A stretch of 54,089 bases of DNA, the filler included, from Bipalium vagum (lineage: Eukaryota), in assembly GCA_037834085.1 (NCBI GenBank). It is 3 parts of 3 records of this genome, joined end to end, with 100 filler letters (N's around TTAATTAATTAA, not from the genome) between each part and the next. Parts side by side here need not be neighbours in the genome. Positions count along the whole stretch, not along the records: positions 37,795 to 54,089 come from JBBMKC010117552.1; 2 more parts are not named here. One strand, 5' to 3'. This document shows positions 50,885 through 54,089 of this stretch, piece after piece. The notes beneath the pieces were generated by a model, which was not told the origin of the DNA, made no database searches, and saw nothing but the letters and a program-made list of their open reading frames with translations. The number at the start of each line of letters is the position of its first letter. Positions within the stretch are counted from its first letter, which is position 1. The translations under genes were made by a program, and so were the position numbers.

Positions 50885-52075
50885 TATGGGTACAAATAAA
50901 TAATGCGGACTTTTTAATAAAAGAAGCATGGTAATTTAGAAACAAAATAAAAAATAATTTATCCAAAATAATGGCTATTGTTATCCATACATTTCTTTCT
51001 TTCATCTTTCAGTCAATTTATGGATGCCAGTCAAAAAGAACTTTTCTAGTTTCGAGGCGAACCATACAGAGACCCAATTTTGGATATATTCGTATGATTT
51101 GAAGTGCTGCTCAGGAGGTCCATATGCCATTGAACGAAAATTGGATGGAGCACCTGGTGAATACGGCAGATGGGTGAGTACTTCCCATTTCATATCTTTT
51201 AACATGCTTTCAACTGCTTTAGAATTGTGAGGCGTTGCATTATCATGTAGAAGAATTACTTTGCCATGTTTTTTGATCCTTTCTGGACGTTTAATTATTA
51301 AAGACTGATCTCACCAGACGCAGAACATTGTTTTTTTTCCCATGCGATCTAGTCTTGCAGTTTACTTTGATGGTTTACCTGGGTTAACCCATGCTTTCGT
51401 ATGTATACGATTTTCAATATAAATCCACTTTTCATCTCCTGTCAATAGTCGATGGAAGAAAAACTTTTTTTCGTGCCGTTGTAAGAGCATGTCACTGACT
51501 ACTTTTCGGTTTTCTAGTTGTCTTTCATTTAATTGATGAAGCACCCATTTTCCTTCCTTTAAAATCGTACCCATATCATGTAAGCGCGCACTCATTGCTT
51601 GCTGGGTAACACCTAATCTTATGACAAGTTGATTGTGAAATTGACAGTCATCTTCATCCAATACAATCGTGGTTTTCAAATTTGGAAGGACGGCGTTCTT
51701 TATCCTTTAGACTGAAATCATTACTTGTGAAGCGGTAAAAACATGGCTCGCATGTGTCCTGAGATACTAGATGTTTTCCATAAACATCGCATAATATCCT
51801 GCAGCTTCCTGTGGCAGTTTTGTTCATCATGAAGTAATGAATGAGAACTTCCCACAAGTGTTCTTTGCTTGGCGTAAATGTTGACATATTTAGATCTTAA
51901 AAGTTGAAATTATTAACATATGTATTATATAACACGTATAATGAAATTTTAAATGATTACCCTATTAATTAGATATTATTCAAACAAATTGATTTATTTT
52001 TCAATTCACAATTATATTTCGATATCTCACAAAATCTATTTTAAATAAATCCTCATTATTTATTTGTACCCTTTA
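50885..52075 (-). mobile_element. Mos1-like (mauritiana) mariner, frameshifted and internally deleted, both TIRs
   Basis: GGGTACAAATAAATAATG inverted pair; MSTFTPSKEHLWEVLIHYF..., KEGKWVLHQL, LLTGDEKWIY, LLHDNATPH, WEVLTHLPYSP. Confidence 0.93.
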
Positions 52076-52199
52076 TATTGACTGAAAAGTCTTGGAAGGC
52101 CTAAAAGCATTGACTCGGTTGATATTTGCATAAAGTTGACCAAGATTCTCAAAAGATAAAAATTTTTCCGGTCAATATTGTGATAAGCAAGAACTTTAT

Positions 52200-52700
52200 A
52201 TTAAAGATACTTATATTGTTATTTTATGTTTCATGTAGCGTGACTTATTACGCTTGAAAAAACAAGTCTAGTTAACAATGTTTTTCGTTTTTGATTATCA
52301 TAAAGTTTCCATTTTTCATCACAAGCTATAATTCATCTCAAAATAAAGCTTTTTTCTATTTTTTATAGGCAAGCGGACAGAAGTTAAAGAAATCGATCGA
52401 CGATTTGAAATGAATCGATGTCTGATCTTTGATTTGATTAGCTGAACTAGCTGAGTTGATTTTTTACAAATTATCTTATCCAAATCTTACAGTAAAGCCA
52501 GTTAAATAAAACTTTTCTTTTGGTATGCAACTAAAAGATCTAATCTTTGATAATATTCGGAATCAAATTAAGTGTTTTTTGAACCTTTGATTTTTGCAAA
52601 AATTATCGATATCTTTTATATTTTTTTTTATCTTTTATTATTTAAATGTCATTACGTTTCGGTAGTGATAAAATGTGTGTTCCATCTACTAAAGGGTTTG
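52200..52700 (-). mobile_element. Decayed mariner fragment
   Basis: Minus strand IIACDEKWKLYDNQKRK. Confidence 0.65.
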
Positions 52701-54089
52701 AACAAAAATGTATCGTTTTGGATGAGTACAGTTTAGAAAATTTCACATTAAAAAAAGTTTTAAGATATTTTTAAATAATAAATATTTTACAATTTCTTAT
52801 TTGACAAATTATCCTGAGATTTATACTTTCTCTCGTCACACAGGCATTTCTCCAATTTTGTCATCGTTATTGAGAAAATTATTTTTATTATTAAATTGCT
52901 TACTTATATTTATTAAAATTTCGTTCTCAAATAAAAAATGGTGGTACGTATTATAAAGGTTCACAGAAATGAATTGTTAACTGTGTTGAAGAAAATGGGA
53001 TCTCCCATAAAATCAAGAAGATAGGGAAAATATTTATTCATTTGATCGCAGATGACCTTGTTATATTAAAAATTAAGATTCTTTGTATTTTTCAAGAGAC
53101 AGGCCATAAAAGTTTTTCAATAATTTTTTTATGCAGGGCTTTTCAAATACGATCTTATTTTAAAGCGAATGGGTCTACACCTGTTTTAACTGAAACTCCA
53201 AAAATATTGAATGAATCAAATATCAATTTCCCAGAATGCATTAAGAAATCGTATGTATCTACTTCCGACCCGAAATTGAATATACCGTCCAAAGCAGTGA
53301 GCAAAAGTGTTCTAGTTATATATAAAGAAGAGTCTTTGCGGATGGATGATGTATTTGAACAAACTATGTATTTGCAAGGAGAAGTTATGATGATTGAAGA
53401 TTTTATTTACAAGTCGGAAATCATTTTAATCGTTGAGCTTTGGTTCGGTGAAAAAAAGTAAACATTTTCGTATTTGTAACTTGGTTTTTAAGTAATATTT
53501 TGGAAAATGATGATCAAATAGTATAAATAACTGTATAATAAATAAGTATGACATGTATAATTTAAAAAATCTTTTGGTTTTACTTTCACAAATGTTTCCT
53601 TTAAAACTAACGGAAGTTCATGGTGTGATAAATTTTGTGGAAATTTTGAGTCATTGGCAATCAAAGGAATAAAAATTAATTCACAGAATGGGGAAAACAG
53701 AAAATGGTGAATGATTAATATTTTTAAACTAGTAATTGGTTGAAATTTGATTGAAATGCGGTAAGTCATTGGTTTGTTTATAATAAAATAGATATTTCCA
53801 AATAATATCTATTGAATTTTATTGGGAATGTTATGGCTCTCTTTAGACCCATGTCTTTTGATTGTTATACAATCTCTTACATTCATGGTCTTACTGATGT
53901 GTTTCTCCAATCATGAGGTATTGGAATTTTAATGTCAGTTAACTTATGGTATATGTACCTCCAAGCTCATTTCTGAGTATGACCTTGGGGTTCTTCATTT
54001 ATATAAATTACATTTTTTTGGTTAGTTAATTAATTAATGCAATATATAATTGTATTGAGTTACACGTCTTAAGTGTAAAACTTTGATAT

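Noticed and set aside
5385-52700. Uni-strand piRNA-cluster-like transposon array
   Set aside because: Element orientations are about evenly split between strands; cannot be supported without small-RNA data.
53042-53769. ORFs 53042..53461 and 53488..53769 as genes
   Set aside because: No recognisable domain, start context or splice structure; the minus strand looks like a stop-riddled relic, possibly a LINE 3' region, but is unassignable.

Overview
Very AT-rich eukaryotic (animal) nuclear scaffold with short GT-AG introns, (AAT)n microsatellites and two 100-bp artificial gaps (N44-TTAATTAATTAA-N44). The 28S signature, intron style, mariner load and a peroxisomal ABCD1/2 exon suggest a free-living flatworm such as a planarian (inference). 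Host genes, assembled by hand across introns: (1) a 5-exon gene (2085-3811, +) ending in a TOX4-type C-terminal zinc module with no visible HMG box; (2) the last exon of an ISOC1/2 isochorismatase-family gene (-); (3) the last exon of an ABCD1/2 transporter (+); (4) a complete 2-exon EGFR-ligand-type EGF gene with a signal peptide and no transmembrane segment (33861-34634, +), preceded by a TATA box and a motif-dense upstream region. Also present: a tRNA-Ala-like gene with a rewritten anticodon arm and an internally deleted 28S rRNA fragment. Much of the rest is decayed transposons: several mariner subfamilies, Tc1, maT-type, rosa/DD41D, Ty3/Gypsy pol, MULE-SWIM and a possible Merlin. I see no CRISPR array or prokaryote-type system, and no single striking new multi-gene system is supported. 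The best leads are the HMG-less TOX4-like protein, the secreted EGF ligand with its candidate enhancer, and the remodelled tRNA. All family calls are from remembered motifs, not database searches.
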